64,000 nt of DNA from Oopsacas minuta (GCA_024704765.1 JAKMXF010000024.1:1-64000), one strand, 5' to 3'. Counted from the stretch's first letter, positions 1 through 13,974 are shown. Numbers and translations: made by a program. The notes: generated by a model from the letters alone, not told the origin.

Positions 1-410
1 AAACAGGACCAAACCGTTTGCATTAGAATCTGCATCTGTTGAATTAAACCTAACAATTGTGTTATTAACAGACAGTTCTGTGGTATTAATCTCTATAGTG
101 AGGGAATCCGGGCTAGGTGGAGTGGGTATGTTATCATTCAAGTCAATCAAACAAAAGATAACACTAGCTGTCACATTAGTTGAACTCTCAGTTATGACAG
201 ATGTTTCTCTACGCTGAGTTGTGTTTTCGTAATCAAGGCTGACACTTTCTCGTAGAGAAATTAATCCTGAGCTTGTAAGTTGAAATAATTCATTCGAAGA
301 AGTGTAGCTCGGAATAATATCAACATTAGAAGTAATGTATACAGTTCCAAGAGATGTATTCGTATTTTCTTGGATACCGAAGTAGTATTGATTAGGAGTA
401 AATGCGATTT
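1..410 (-). CDS. Internal exon of a cadherin-repeat protein; the gene continues beyond the left edge of the window
   Basis: The acceptor TTTTTGTCAG (AG at 412-411) is followed by 136 open codons: IAFTPNQYYFGIQEN...SLDYENTT...LIDLNDNIP...STDADSNANGLVLF. These contain the cadherin LDYE, DxNDNxP and DxD motifs. Not in the ORF track; translated by hand. Confidence 0.75.
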
Positions 411-706
411 CTGACAAAAACAAAACACATTGTCAAAATAATTCCAATTCCACATACATAGTATCACTTTAGTTGAAATGCTACTAATATTGTACTTGTA
501 CGTATAATTGTAGTACATTATGCATTCACATATTCTTCGAAATTTACATTGGAGTCTTATCACCCTCAATAGTACCCATACATATACACTCTAGTTCTCT
601 AATACCTACGTACTTACATTCAGGGTACATAGAGTATAATTTCCCTGAGATGAAGTATCTTATCCTTAAGTACGCATATCCTCAGCGCAACACGATGTAT
701 AAGTTA

Positions 707-853
707 GGGGTCGTTCGAACGTTACGTAACGAAAATTCCTGAAAATTTGACCCCTTCCAGTGTCACCATTTAAGCAATACAAACAGAATATGGCTATCAC
801 ACTTAACACTCCTCTAGATAACGTTACGTAAGTACTAACATTTGAACGGATTC
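707..853. mobile_element. PIF/Harbinger (Tourist)-like MITE
   Basis: Imperfect TIRs GGGGTCGTTCGAACGTTACGTAAC ... TTTGAACGGATTC, flanked by TTA on both sides (704-706 and 854-856). A related copy lies inverted at 35293-35380. Confidence 0.65.
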
Positions 854-1115
854 TTATTTTTCACACTTTTCCTTCATATTCTTTCACTGAATTTTCAACA
901 ATATTAATCAATTAATCCCCAGTCAAAAGTATTACATATCTCGAATCTTATTATGTGTGTACATATAACTTGTCTGTCTATTCTAAAATGCTTTTAAATA
1001 CGTATACATACCTTGTGAATTGATAAATACACAGCTAGTCAATAACACCTAGAAAGAATAAACATAATACATAAAAATATGAACATTATCATCTAAAATC
1101 GAAAGTTTAACTTAC

Positions 1116-2600
1116 AATTAGTGCTATTGAAATCCGCAGTGCCTTCATTTTACTGCCTAGCTTCTAGAATGTATCTTGTAATTGTTTTCTCTGCTCTACC
1201 TAAGTAAATTACTACAATACAATTTAAGAGCAGTTTTAGAGTATATCAGAAATACAGAACAATTCTCAATAGGTTTATGTGGATTACGATAAACCTAATC
1301 ACATTTTTAAACTAGATCACTCCAGATATAACTGAATCAATATCCCTAGCTTGAAGCTGTCGATATTGTCATTTAAACTTTCTATTATTCAATTAATTAT
1401 CACTCAACTGTCATGAAATGTGCAAAAATATAGAGGAATATCTCAAATACAACAGTAATTTCGAAATAACATTTCAATCTTCCTATTTACGATTATAGTT
1501 TTAATTAATTAACAAAAATACTATAATTTCCCTATTGAATAATATCACATCAACCAGATTCCTGGTATTAATTTATAATAATTGAATTGGATTATTTTAA
1601 AAGTTTGTTTCGTTAACGAAAGAATGCCCAGCCAATATGAAAGATCGGCGCAACCGGTAGGCAGGTCAGGAAATTGCCCGAATCCTCACCAATTTTGATT
1701 CCTTAGTGTCTGAATGTATAATTCAAAAATTTCGGCTACCAAACACAATGATTATTTTATCGAGGCTTACAGTATAATTATACAAATTCTATTGTATTCT
1801 TATTCTGACATATATAACTCGAACAAGATACGAAATACAATTCCTATAATTAACAAAACACAAAAATGTTCTCAGAGATTAGTTTGTTGGTAACTTTATT
1901 GGATTAATTCCATAATATTACCTATTATACTTCTTGTTTATTTGGTTATTTGATATTTAAGCCCTAATATGACCAGAAATGCCATTATCAATTACACTTG
2001 GACGTTGTGGATGCGAGTTAGGGTAGTTTCCTGGCTGAAAGATAGCGGAGAAATCTGTACAAGTATATTTGGGATATTTCAAATACTCCAGATGTATCGT
2101 ATTGCTTGTGAAGACTGTTAATTAGGCCGAAATGCTTTTCGTAAGCTTAGTTTGAATATTTAGTAGACTATATTATCATTATCAACTAGTCATAACTAAT
2201 TATTAGATATGTGGAGATGCTCGGGATATCGATAGATATGCATGTCTTTCAAATCAATGATTACGTTTTTTTATTAATCATCTTATCTCTTCTCCAGGTT
2301 AGCTTTTCATACAATAAAGATTACTAGATGAAGTAGCTGGTAATGCTAAAAACTCACTTGATTACTACGTGGTTTTGATTTTGTTAATTTGTTATAGCAA
2401 CCAGACAATTAGTAAAGTATATTATGAAGGTCAATCAGACGATCCTAAACTCCGAATACAATAAGAGCTAAATTCGAAAATTAATTGAATTTATGATCCT
2501 CCATTTGGTAAAATCAATATACATTAGATTTGGAACAACAGTATAGCCAGAGAACCAAATTTGAGTATACTGAGAGACTATATAACTATGCAATCAATCT
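1116..2600 (-). pseudogene. Decayed cadherin-like fragments upstream of the intact cadherin exon
   Basis: An AG/GT-bounded 84-nt segment (1199-1116) reads GRAEKTITRYILEARQ*NEGTADFNST and has stops in all three frames. Near 1310-1385, ESLNDN and QLQARDIDS occur in different frames. Motif-level evidence only. Confidence 0.3.
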
Positions 2601-5109
2601 GTTGCTAAAATTACGCTATATTTTTCCTACAAATAGAATTAACCCTCGTTTTCAGTTCCCCTATAGCCTCAATTGCTATATTCGATGTGACAATACGTGA
2701 CAATATTACCAGATGGATATTTATACGAAATATACCTATTTGTGAAATGAAGAAATGTAATTTGCACTTTAGATAAAATCTAGTTCTATAATAAAGCGCG
2801 AAAGGTTTCAGTTCCAAAACATACACAATATGTTTAAGATGATGCTCTTTGAGTTTCGGCTATTATTACAAGCTTATTCTCGGGTTTCTGATCAGATTAA
2901 TGAGATTTCCATATTATCAGAAACCAGAGAAAAACTCATTTTATATCCATTGTATTAATTAACAATCAATTTTCTTTTCATTAATGTGTTCATTATTAAT
3001 AGTTATTATCCATAATATCTTATGTAATTATGAATAGTGCTCGCACGTTAATAATAAATAGCCGTGGATAAATACTCTCAATATAGAACTTATCCAGCTG
3101 ATTGAACAATAAATGAACTTACTATTTTTGTTCATAATAACATTTAAGTAATCTTGATGGTGAGAATAGCTTTCTTCTGCCCATCTCAAAATGTATGATA
3201 GAGACTGGAATGATAATAATGTATATATTCCCCCAATACTGAACACAACTAATGCTATTTAACTTGTATTACTATACGTATATGTAGTAGATACATTCAA
3301 TATTTCTACAATGCCTGATCAGAAGTATTGGAACACAATGCCATAATTGACACATTGAAAACACTTGCAAGCATTAATATACCATGAACAATGATAACAA
3401 GCTATTGTCTCACTTTCTGCTATATCGCCAAAATCTTCAACGTATTCACATTGGCCAGTCAGTGTACATTTACAAACACAATTAGTGAATTCGTCTCAAA
3501 TATTTTCCCGAATTAGCCACCTAGAGGGTAAGCAAGTTTCCTAACAGAAGTTTTCACCTTCAGTTACAATTTACTATCCTGCAGTGAGAATTTATAAAAA
3601 TTTGATGACGAAAATACTAAATATATGTAAATTATCTAGTAATGGTGTTTATCACCAAGATGAAAGAAAGATCAATAAAATATTAATTAATGATTATATT
3701 AGCTATAAAATAACAATAAAATGTTCCTGTCATATGGAAATCTATGAAGAATATACACTATTATTCATGTACAACTATTGGTCATATATTCCTAATAACC
3801 ACACGATGCTGCGATTATTTATAATAATTAGGTAAAGTTTTGAAGTTAAAATATTGGGATTTATGGACAATTTATTCCGTTTGGATGCCAAATACCAAAT
3901 AATTGCATCTGTTGTTACTTTGCATATTAATAGTTGCAATTTTGAATTTGAGAATAGCATTTGTGTATAATGTAATGGCTATAATAACTAAGAAAACTTG
4001 CTAATTGCAATGCATCATCACAGGCTATAGCTGTTAAAAGAAATTAACTGGTCTGTACCAGTAGAATCACATGAGATATTATTCAATAATTCAAAAAGAG
4101 TTTCAGCCATCGTTTTTCAGCAAAGATGACATTTATTTGATGGAAATACGCTTTTCATTAGGTTAAATAAGTAATTAATCTTAACTGTTAAATAGCATAT
4201 CACAAGTTGAATAGTTCTGTAATACACGTTCGCGTTTCAATGAATAGGGCAGGATTAGTATATCCAAATTTCCTTGATAATTATTTTTCTATGAAATTTA
4301 TGATTGTGCAAAAATTCCTACTTAAAACCCACTAGACAAGTTCAAGTGCTGTCATAATAAATTTAAAGATGTAAAGATCAAATAGCTTTTTCTCTGCAAA
4401 AATGCTTTGAGCTTTTAATTATTCTTATTAATTACACCTTAGTCTATTTTAATTAATTTTTACGTTGAAATATACTAAGCCAATGATTACTTGTGATTTG
4501 ATACTTTTGGAATATGTGCTCAAATATCATTTTATGTATCTATTGAGTACGAAATGAACCCCAAGTATCACTCCTTATTCAAATGATGAATTATGACTCT
4601 ATTGTTTAAAAATCATATAGGAATGTATGATCAAAAGCTTATCAAATCATCATGGGTTGATTTGTCTATTAGAACAATCAATTTTGGAGGAGACTAGAAC
4701 CAATGAAATTTATTGATGAATATTTTCAAAGTTTGCCTGCATGTAATTTAGTGGCCATAAAGTCGTTTGTAATGTGTAGGCAACCAAACCCGATGATTCT
4801 TTCATCTTCAAAGACTTTTACATAGGACCTCCCATTTCATATGTTAAACACGATAAAGTTCCTATATCTATTGTTTCATATAGAGTTGACATGCGTAGTA
4901 ATTGGCTTGCATTATTTCTGTGTTTTCGAACTTGTTTAATGGAATAGCGTAGGATAGAAATTATGTACATCTATGTTAACCAATTGAACTTGGTAGTACT
5001 TTAGTGTATTGAGTAATTTATGAAATTTAAACTAAACGACATCATTTCTATGTGTATGTTATATTTCTTACTTGGGACAACTAATTTTTTACCTGTATCA
5101 AGTTAGGGC

Positions 5110-5480
5110 AGTTTCTGCATGTACTGGTAGGACGATAGTGGTGCAAGACAATTTATTGGTAGGTCTAGACATACATCTTGCTCGATACTCGATTCAGATT
5201 TAACCTACAAAAATATTATCAAAATTGACAAGAACTCAATCGATAAAATCGAAGTCAATCACAAATGACCTACATGGGTGATACGATCTGTCTGAGGTAG
5301 ACTTTTATACATGTCGTGGTCCATCACTGGATTCTACTACTAAATACTAGAATTCTCAGGGGACTGTCAGATAGTACAATATACATTAAACTCTCGATAC
5401 GAAGGAGTGGTGGATTTTATTTCGTTATCAGCAAGAATCACTTCGGTATAGCGAGAGTTTCGCTGTACCTAACATATTTA
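5110..5480 (+). pseudogene. Decayed Ig-domain fragment
   Basis: Broken frames give DLSEVDFYTCRG and SGGFYFVISKNHFGIARVSLYL, resembling Ig F/G-strand motifs (DxGxYxC, NxxG). Several stops. Confidence 0.25.
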
Positions 5481-6842
5481 TAACGGGTGTTATTGTATCT
5501 GATCCTAAAACAATATTAATTGAATTCGCGATGGATTATTGCACAATCCTGAATACAACGACAACAACACATGGAAATTCACCGAAAAATCTAATTCAAT
5601 TGCTATAACACTTCATGCCACATAAGGCATAACTCAGTAAGCATTTGCAAAGAGCATATACGTGTATTTACGTACTACTTGCTCCTTAATAATACTTGCA
5701 TAATATCATATTACGACCTAATAAAGTTCTAAGAATTCTAAATATAAATTCAACATTAATATGCGAAAATAGTACAGCATTTTCCTGTTATAATTGACAG
5801 ATATGTGTAGATGAGTTAATTAAAATGATGAATTACGTACATTGAGAAGTGTTTACTATTGAATACGCCCTGCCCTGTATTTAATTATTAAAATTTCCAA
5901 CTATACAATGACAAACACGCCAAATAGTCGTAACGGAATTTATGATATTCTAATAGTAAAGCCTAAAATTTGTCTATAGATTATTTAGCTAATAATCTCA
6001 TTTTCCAAACCTATCATCTTTAATAAAATTCAATACTTTCCTCAAAATTCTTACTTGCTTATTAATATATTGATAATTAGTAATTCTATATCCAATTACA
6101 ATAGTCACGTAGAAATATAATCCTACCTTTCTATAATCTAAAATTCATTCTCGCCCATCCTAGGTCTATCATATACGTTAACCATCCCACAATACAAGTT
6201 ATTGTATTACTCCATTCCTTTTATTCACCACATCATTGGGATCATTTATCCTTGAAATAGCTACTAATATATGAGATAAGCAAGATAATAAAACTTAGGG
6301 ATTGGTTCAATTCCTTTTGACTTCCAGTAAAGTGTCAGGTAATACCTCTTCTTCCCACAAGTTCATAGGACAATGGGTAATTGCTCATTTTATTAGAGTT
6401 TTGGGAATTGGGAGTGTTTAGTAGTATAATACATCATTTTATATTCTAATTAACACAGCTTATCAAATATTGTATTAATTAAAATGTGAAAGAATTACAA
6501 CCAAGTAAAGGAAGATTTTAATTCGAACTGAGTTTCAATAAAGAAATATATTTTTATCAAAATGATCCTTTTACTAATGAAACAAATGATGGGAGTTGTT
6601 TTCAAAATTTATTTGCGACAACACTCGTATATTTGCTTAGACATCAATAACCACAACAAACTCACAACTTCTAATATTACATCTAATTATTGGGAATAAC
6701 CTACTCAGGATGTACTGAACTGAGATAATGGTACAGATAGCCAAATTTTATACTTTGTAGCCAAAATAGATTTATTGAATATTTATATTATGCAAATCAT
6801 TTGTTCAAATAAATACATAAATAATAATCGTCTCCAATGATA

Positions 6843-7021
6843 TGTATTCTGCGGTATAACCAGATACCCCTAGGGAAACAAAATTTTGTGCATACAAACC
6901 GAAGTCGTTTTAACCAAAAATCCCTATATAATTAGTACAAGAATTGATAGTGGTTTTGGAGAAATGTACGTGCTAATCGAGAATAAGTCTTAAACCGAGT
7001 CGTACTAACCGACTTCTACTG
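6843..7021 (-). mobile_element. Tc1/pogo-type MITE, family A
   Basis: The reverse complement (CAGTAGAAGTCGGTTAGTACGACTCGG...GTACTAATTATATAGG...AAATTTTGTTTCC) aligns by eye along its length with 42841-43010. Confidence 0.65.
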
Positions 7022-9072
7022 AATATTCAACCAATACTGGTTGTAGTAACCTCAGTTTAGTATAAAATTAATTTAGAATTCAGAAGGAAGAGATTAATAT
7101 GACGGTTTTAAATGTGTAAATTAACTTGCCAAGAAATCAATTGATACCTAGTTAGAAGATAATTAATTCCGATTCAATAGCAGGAAAAGAAATGGAGGTT
7201 ATAAACATAATTAACAATGTAAGATAATAAAATAGAAACTTGAACTATACTGTTGTTCATCAATTCCATTTATCGATTCATGTTGAAATATGTTGATTAA
7301 TCGATTGGAACCATTCTAATACCACAAAATATATGTTGATTGTGACTAATAGAAAGTTTATTGCGTAAGTTCAAAGATAAATTGATCAATTCCTGAACTA
7401 ATTAATTTTGTGCGCTCTGTTGAAAAGTCTTTTGGCTCCTAAAACTTCCATGTAACCAAAAAGTTGTTCAAACTTTACACAATTCATATTCCTAGAATTT
7501 ATGAGAGAAAATTGAGTTGTCTCCCAAGTTTTTGGGGAAATTTATAAATATTACCATGAGGAAATTCCAAAAGGAAAGATATTACTCAATATTGTGTCAT
7601 ATTTACAAATCAATTATATTATTAATATCCTAGGCTGGTAGTATCAATAGTAAATATCAAAATTTGATATTCATATCACTCATTCTGGCCTCTTCTTTGC
7701 AAAAAACAAGACATCTATAATATGCTACTTGCTACACTTTTGTGCTTTTTGATTAGATAATTGAGTAATTATACAAATAATTACAAGAACAATATGAATA
7801 TATTCACCGCGGCATTTGCTACTAACGTAATTATGTGCATACATGCGTATGTCTCATATGCATTTATCCAAATTTGTAATTGTTACTATTCATCTTCTGA
7901 ACAACCTGATGTTTCACGCCATATGTTATACATGTTTTGCTACATAATATTATCTCGAATTGTATACGAACTTTGAATTACATGTGTAGGTTTTATAAGC
8001 TCCTATGATAATATTTCATTGAAATAGCAGGAATAATATGATTAACATGTCAGAAGGAAGCTAAGCTCTCAGTAATTCCTTGTACTTGAACTCATAATTT
8101 GTCCCTGACCTTTGCAAATAAGATAATTATAAACTTGGTGCTTAATTATTAGCAAATTAAATCGAACTACGCTTTTAATGTGTATAATTATTTGGTACAA
8201 AACTGTTCAATATTTTATCCGCAAAACTTCTGTGCTTAAAACATACTCTAACATTTATAATCAACCTTAGATCAACAATTTTAGGCGAATTTTTGTTGTT
8301 AAGTAATAATACCTATGCAATAATATCAAATCTTTGATATTAAATGGGAATATTAATAAGCATTAATATCAATGATAGGATATTAATTAACGTGCATGAT
8401 GTAATATAGGGTCTCTCAACTTCGTGATTTACTTTTTTAGAAGATATTATACAATACTTTTCAGAGATTTTTCAGCATAATTACAAAAAATTATTAGTTG
8501 ATGCTCATCTCCAGTGATAAGTAATATGATTTGTAAGAAAGTATCTGAGAATATTTGGCTAGAGACTAATTTGTAATTTGGAGTGATTAGGATTAGGCAA
8601 GAGTGTATAATACAACTTTTATTATTTGTTTCTAAAGGGAATTGCAATCGCGGTTATTTACAGATTTGACCTCATCATATATACTAAGCATATTCTTGTC
8701 GATGTAATGAGAATAAGGGACATAGTAATACATTTGATCTCTTCCCCGTAGGGAATAGCTAAACTTAATATTTATGGATATCAATAATATTCTCTCATAG
8801 TGCAGATACTATAATCACTATGATACGGTTTGATGACAATTAAACTACTGCGTATGGATTGGTAGGCCTTTGGAGCACACTTTTTTTAGCCTCTATGGAG
8901 AGGGCAGATTTATTGGCAGGGCAATATCCTCACCAACCCTACTATTGTCCACTCCCTTGGCATAACCAAAATGTTATAACTCAAGAAACTTTTATTTTTC
9001 AAAATCATAATTGTTACCGAAATTATCAGAATTTATTGATGCATATAATTAAACAAATTTAAATCCAAATGA

Positions 9073-10008
9073 CTATTCTTGTTGAACCTGTAGTCCATTA
9101 TTAATTTCAACACATTTCTTGATAGCTGGTACCAAAAATCGCATTGGGGCAGCTTCCATAATGAAAGGATGATGTAACAGTTCTCTGGCAGAAGGTCGTT
9201 GATTTGGATTGATCATTAAACACTTTCTAACGAAATTAGCCATGTTTTCTGGCATGTTATGTGGTATTGAAACTATTCCATTGCTTAGAAAGTCTATTAT
9301 TTCTCTTTGTCCGTATTTTGTACCGTAATATGGCGGGTCCCCGAGGAACATCTCTATCACCATGATCCCAAAGCTCCATATGTCGCATTTTTCGTTATAT
9401 ATCATTCTTTGGTATATTTCAGGCGCCATCCAGTAGAGACTTCCAACTCTCCCACTACGAATTTGATGGGATTTTGGCATTACAGTTGCATACCCAAAAT
9501 CGATTATTTTCGTGCTTCCCCCTTTTGTAACCATAATGTTACCGCATTTTAGATCCCGATGCACTATATCATTCATATGTAGGTCACATAATGACAGTAG
9601 TATGTGCTTTGAAATGGCTGCGATTAACCGTGTGTCAAGTGATACTTGTTCGACTAAACTTTGCAGGCACCAACCATCAATGTATTCGAGGACTAAGTTT
9701 GTAGCTTGATCTTCTTTGTAAGTGTCGATCAGTTGTATTATGCCTTTGTTGCCTTTCATTATTTTCATCGTTTCTACTTCCTTTTCCAAAAGTTCACGTC
9801 CGTATTCGCTTTTAGATTTCACTTGTTTGATTGCTACTATTTCATTAGTGATGGGATTTTTTGCTTTGTAGATTTTTGCACAACCTCCTTCACCTATTTG
9901 CGAAATGTTGCAGTAATTTGATGTATAATGTTTATTCAGTTTTCCATTTTTGTGATGCTTTCGTAGTTTATTGGTTAAAACTGAAAGTTTTTTTAAGATT
10001 GAATGCAT
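9073..10008 (-). CDS. PAK-like STE20 Ser/Thr kinase, kinase domain only, intronless (311 aa)
   Basis: Motifs GEGG, VAIK, HRDLKCGN, DFG, YWMAPE, DIWSFGIMVIEM and a PAK-type C-terminus RPSARELLHHPF. No CRIB/PBD domain in the ORF. Confidence 0.9.
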   Translation of the reverse strand: MHSILKKLSVLTNKLRKHHKNGKLNKHYTSNYCNISQIGEGGCAKIYKAKNPITNEIVAIKQVKSKSEYGRELLEKEVETMKIMKGNKGIIQLIDTYKEDQATNLVLEYIDGWCLQSLVEQVSLDTRLIAAISKHILLSLCDLHMNDIVHRDLKCGNIMVTKGGSTKIIDFGYATVMPKSHQIRSGRVGSLYWMAPEIYQRMIYNEKCDIWSFGIMVIEMFLGDPPYYGTKYGQREIIDFLSNGIVSIPHNMPENMANFVRKCLMINPNQRPSARELLHHPFIMEAAPMRFLVPAIKKCVEINNGLQVQQE

Positions 10009-11639
10009 TTCTATGATAGTTTCTGAATTGGTTTGTAATGTTGAAAATTGTTAGTTGAGTTTATACAATACTCTGTTCGTATTTATACCAGTTACTCGCT
10101 AAGGTAGTTTCTATATGAATTACTATCAATACTTAGCTGTCTATTTCGAAAAATACAATGGAAACATTCACGAGATCAATTAGAATGAAATTAGCCGATT
10201 ACGTGACTATAAATCATCTTACAAGCCATCAATACTGCCCCTTGCACATAAAGTTGTGAGTCGTACGTAGAAAGTGTTCAAAGAGTATAATTCTTTGAAG
10301 TTGAAGGCATTATTACATGTTAGGCTAGTTTATAAAATTTGTGATTATTGTGGTCAAATTTACACACACCTGTGGAAACCAAATATTAATGAACTTTCCA
10401 TTTTAGTATATCTATATCACCTGATTATCACAACTAGATGGACGCCTTGTTATTTGTTCTATGCATGTTAACATTACACAAATTATGTTCTTGAGGAATA
10501 AAACTTTTTATCCTGAATTAGATTTTAATTGACTAACGGTGCTATATACAAGTCAATTATATTATCATAATATTTCTGGTGAATGAATGGCAATGTCAGA
10601 GAATGCAAATCCAAGTATTAAATGTCTAATAATTATTTTATGGCATGATTTGTAATAAATTATTCAAGATGGTTTAGGGATTCTTTAGTTTACAATAAAT
10701 ATCAATTGGCACAGAGTGATCCGAAAGTTACGTATCCGCTCTCTATTTATGATTACTTAGAAATCAAATAATTCTGTAAGTATACGTATTACCAATTTTG
10801 GATTCTCTCGGTTACAATGGCATACATAATATCCACCTAATAATGAAATGAATAAAGTTGAAACTAGTTTGACTCGTACATTAATCAAACTTGGTTATAT
10901 TAAATATTCAAGCAATACACTAATTATGATACAAACGTGTATATATGTGTTACAAGCAAAATAAATAGTGAAATGTGTTCATTCACGAAATGCGAAATTT
11001 TGCCCATTCGAAAATTATATTTCCACTTTATTGATTAAAAGAGACAGTAATATACTAAATCATATGATCAGAGCCAAATCGGCTTGGCTGTAAGTATGTT
11101 GCGATGCAATCAGAATTTGTTCCGTGATATTCCTAAGTGTAAAATACAATCATCTGATTTGATACAAATTTTTCTAAAAGAGAATTGCAATTAGTTGTGA
11201 ATTGCATTCAGCACTACGATACGCACTCAAGTATTTTTTGTGCTGTCGGAAGCTATTGTCTATTATTAGAACTATATTAACAGTGTAGAAAGTAAAGTGC
11301 CAAATGGTGAATTGAAAATTATTTCCGGTTGATAATATTCTAGAGGATAATTGTGTTATGTATTCATAATGTATCTCAAGAAATAGTAGTAAAAGATACA
11401 CTGAATAATATATGAAGATTTTGTGACCTATATTTCAATCTGTCTGCCTGCCTGAGACTGTTGGACCTCAACGAGACATGGCGACATAAGTTCTCAAGAT
11501 ATTTTAGAGTTTAATCGATAATGTAATACAATATTGGTTTATATTAGATGTACTAATTATGTGTTGGTTTGTATCCACTCTTCCTTAATTTGATTAATTT
11601 AGAATAGGATACAAGATTATTTTAAAATATAGCTGCATA

Positions 11640-12330
11640 GCAAACACGAAAACGAGAACATCATTTCTCCTGCTTTGAGTATCTGCATATTCCAATCTAA
11701 CTATTAGCTACAGCCAGAATACATCTTGTAATTGCATTATTGTAATTCAATTCAATATTATCGATGATATTTAGTCTGCGGATCAGTAACACTACTAATC
11801 AGAATTTTAAAAGAGATGCCCCTGCTATCATGTTACATCATCAAATTAATTAGCATACATTGAGGCGACACAACCAGTTCAGAAAATACAGATTACAGAA
11901 TATGTCTATACAAAATAACATCAAAATTGGTTTAAACTATAAAACAAAAACAGTTGTATACGCAAACAGTTGTAATCCTTGATGGAGTTACTCCATAGCA
12001 GAATCAGTATATTCTGCAATAAATATGAGTTTCAATATTGTTAAGTTGTCTTACACTGACCATATCTCATCAATACTGACTGAATTCTTTTGAAAACAAT
12101 CACGATTTATTGGCTGTTGCAATGTGCCCTTATATGGTGTGTTAAATGTTTATTTTTCCGATAAATACATACTTAAGTAAAAGCATAAATATTCACCTGA
12201 AGTCTGTTAATTGGAAGATACAATAGGAGCCGAGTCTACGGATCGACCTGAATTGGCATTAAGTGTTGATTAGTGTGGAAATTACTAATCAGTTCGTAAA
12301 GGAATTGGTTCATGATAACTTCATATCATC
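11640..12330 (-). pseudogene. Possible decayed Ig-domain gene
   Basis: Broken frames include QTSGEYLC (DxGxYxC-like) and CILAVANS*IG. Many stops; weak. Confidence 0.2.
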
Positions 12331-12805
12331 TTTTTGGAAAGCTAACTTAATTTTCGTTACTACACTCTAACTATAAGGATGATATAACCACAAATGCACA
12401 GGAAACACACTTACAGAATAGCACTCATTAGAATTAATATCACATTATACGTAGAACTATCAGAAATTAAAATTCCAAACATTTTCCCAAGTGAATATCA
12501 CTTACGTAACTTCATATTCTACTTTCTATGTATTATCAAATTGATAATATCTTTCGTGAAATTATTCTATGCAATCTACAATGATAATCCTTATTAGTAG
12601 AGTTATGTAAAATAGCAAAGCAATCTCATTTATTTTTATAATATGCCCGAGTCAACGTATTCAAATCTTTAATTAATGTTATTCTGTCAAACTCTTGGCT
12701 AACGAAGTTCCGTAATTGATTAAAACGGAACTATAATGTATAGTATTGTATGTATTATGTGGTAAATGAATTTTTCCAATATTAATCAGAACATAACTAT
12801 GCAGT

Positions 12806-13594
12806 TTAATCAGGTGCTGAATAATTGAATCGAGTTAGCATTATCTGCATTTGATCCAGTAGAGATATTCCAAATAAATGTAACTCACTGAAATCAGTGA
12901 ATACTTCTTGGTTGGCTATCCTATCGCAAGGGCTAGTGTGATTTGAATTACTTACGTATTCATTATTTCGGTTAATTTTGCTTTTATTCGGTTTGTTAAC
13001 CTCTTCATTTTTGGCCTCGCTTGCCACAACAAATTTGAACTTTATCAGTTTCGATCTATCGTTTAGTTGCACTATCATTGCTTCCTTCGCCTCCTCAAAT
13101 GCAACTTTTACTCTTGAATACTGTTTATGTGCTCTGGGTATTTGCAACTCTGTTTGAGAACCTATAATTTCTATGTTGTAAGCGTCGACCCAAGCATGTG
13201 AGTGAGAAATTCCGAAGAATTCCACGTGGTAAATAGAATTTTTCCTGTCTGTATATTTATTCTTAACTGGGCAAAGTGTAATAATAGCAGGCCATTTAGT
13301 ATAGGTGCGATGTTTCGCGTGTATAATTGTGTAAAGTTTTAGTTTTTGGTTATATTTATAAGCTTCAACTTCCCAATTTTCTTCAGGTTTAGAACAATCA
13401 TTGCACTGAATATCTGGATTCAATTCACAATACCATTTTTGTGCTTGTTTCCCTTCCTTCAAAAATGCTTCTTTATTTAGTTTCCTCCACTTTTGACAAT
13501 TCTCGTATTCACATTGTGCCCAAATATATCCGTTATCATCTCCTGATGAGGAATCCGATGAAGTATCAGGAATTAATATAGGCTTTTTAGCCAT
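12806..13594 (-). CDS. zf-CW + PWWP histone reader, ZCWPW1/ZCWPW2-like, intronless (262 aa)
   Basis: zf-CW: IWAQCEYENCQKWR...WYCELNPD...CSKPEE. PWWP: IIHAKHRTYTKWPAII...YHVEFFG...HAWV. This domain order is that of ZCWPW1/2; which paralog it is closer to is unresolved. Confidence 0.85.
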   Translation of the reverse strand: MAKKPILIPDTSSDSSSGDDNGYIWAQCEYENCQKWRKLNKEAFLKEGKQAQKWYCELNPDIQCNDCSKPEENWEVEAYKYNQKLKLYTIIHAKHRTYTKWPAIITLCPVKNKYTDRKNSIYHVEFFGISHSHAWVDAYNIEIIGSQTELQIPRAHKQYSRVKVAFEEAKEAMIVQLNDRSKLIKFKFVVASEAKNEEVNKPNKSKINRNNEYVSNSNHTSPCDRIANQEVFTDFSELHLFGISLLDQMQIMLTRFNYSAPD

Positions 13595-13846
13595 TTTAGT
13601 TAATAGTACCTATTCCATATTTTAGTTATATACTAGACTTCTAACATTCATTGATCAACCCGCGTAAATATTTTTTATAAAATAGAATAAGCAGATTTTT
13701 CACTCTTTTAAGTTTGTAAAAAATTATTATTTAATCAGATTGTTACAACAATAATAAACTGCTTCATTTTCTTGCGCTGAGCGGCTTTCTAACCCTTCGT
13801 ATCCGCGTGAGACTCATTTGTGTTGCAATTTTGATCTTCCTTTTTA

Positions 13847-13974
13847 TTGTAAAATTTTCAATTATCCTACAACTAGACAATTTATGTGATCGGTAAGACT
13901 GTAAGAGCGTCCGATGACCTACATCATACATAGGCTTCCATCCCGGAAGCAGCACGGACACGATAGGTAAGTAT
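13847..13974 (-). ncRNA. Candidate U1-like (Sm-class) small RNA; identity uncertain
   Basis: Starts with AUACUUACCU, identical to the U1 5' end. It continues through several hairpins, then CAUAAAUUGUCUAG (resembling the U1 Sm region CAUAAUUUGUGGUAG), then a 9-bp terminal hairpin. It lacks the canonical U1-70K and U1A loops. Confidence 0.3.
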
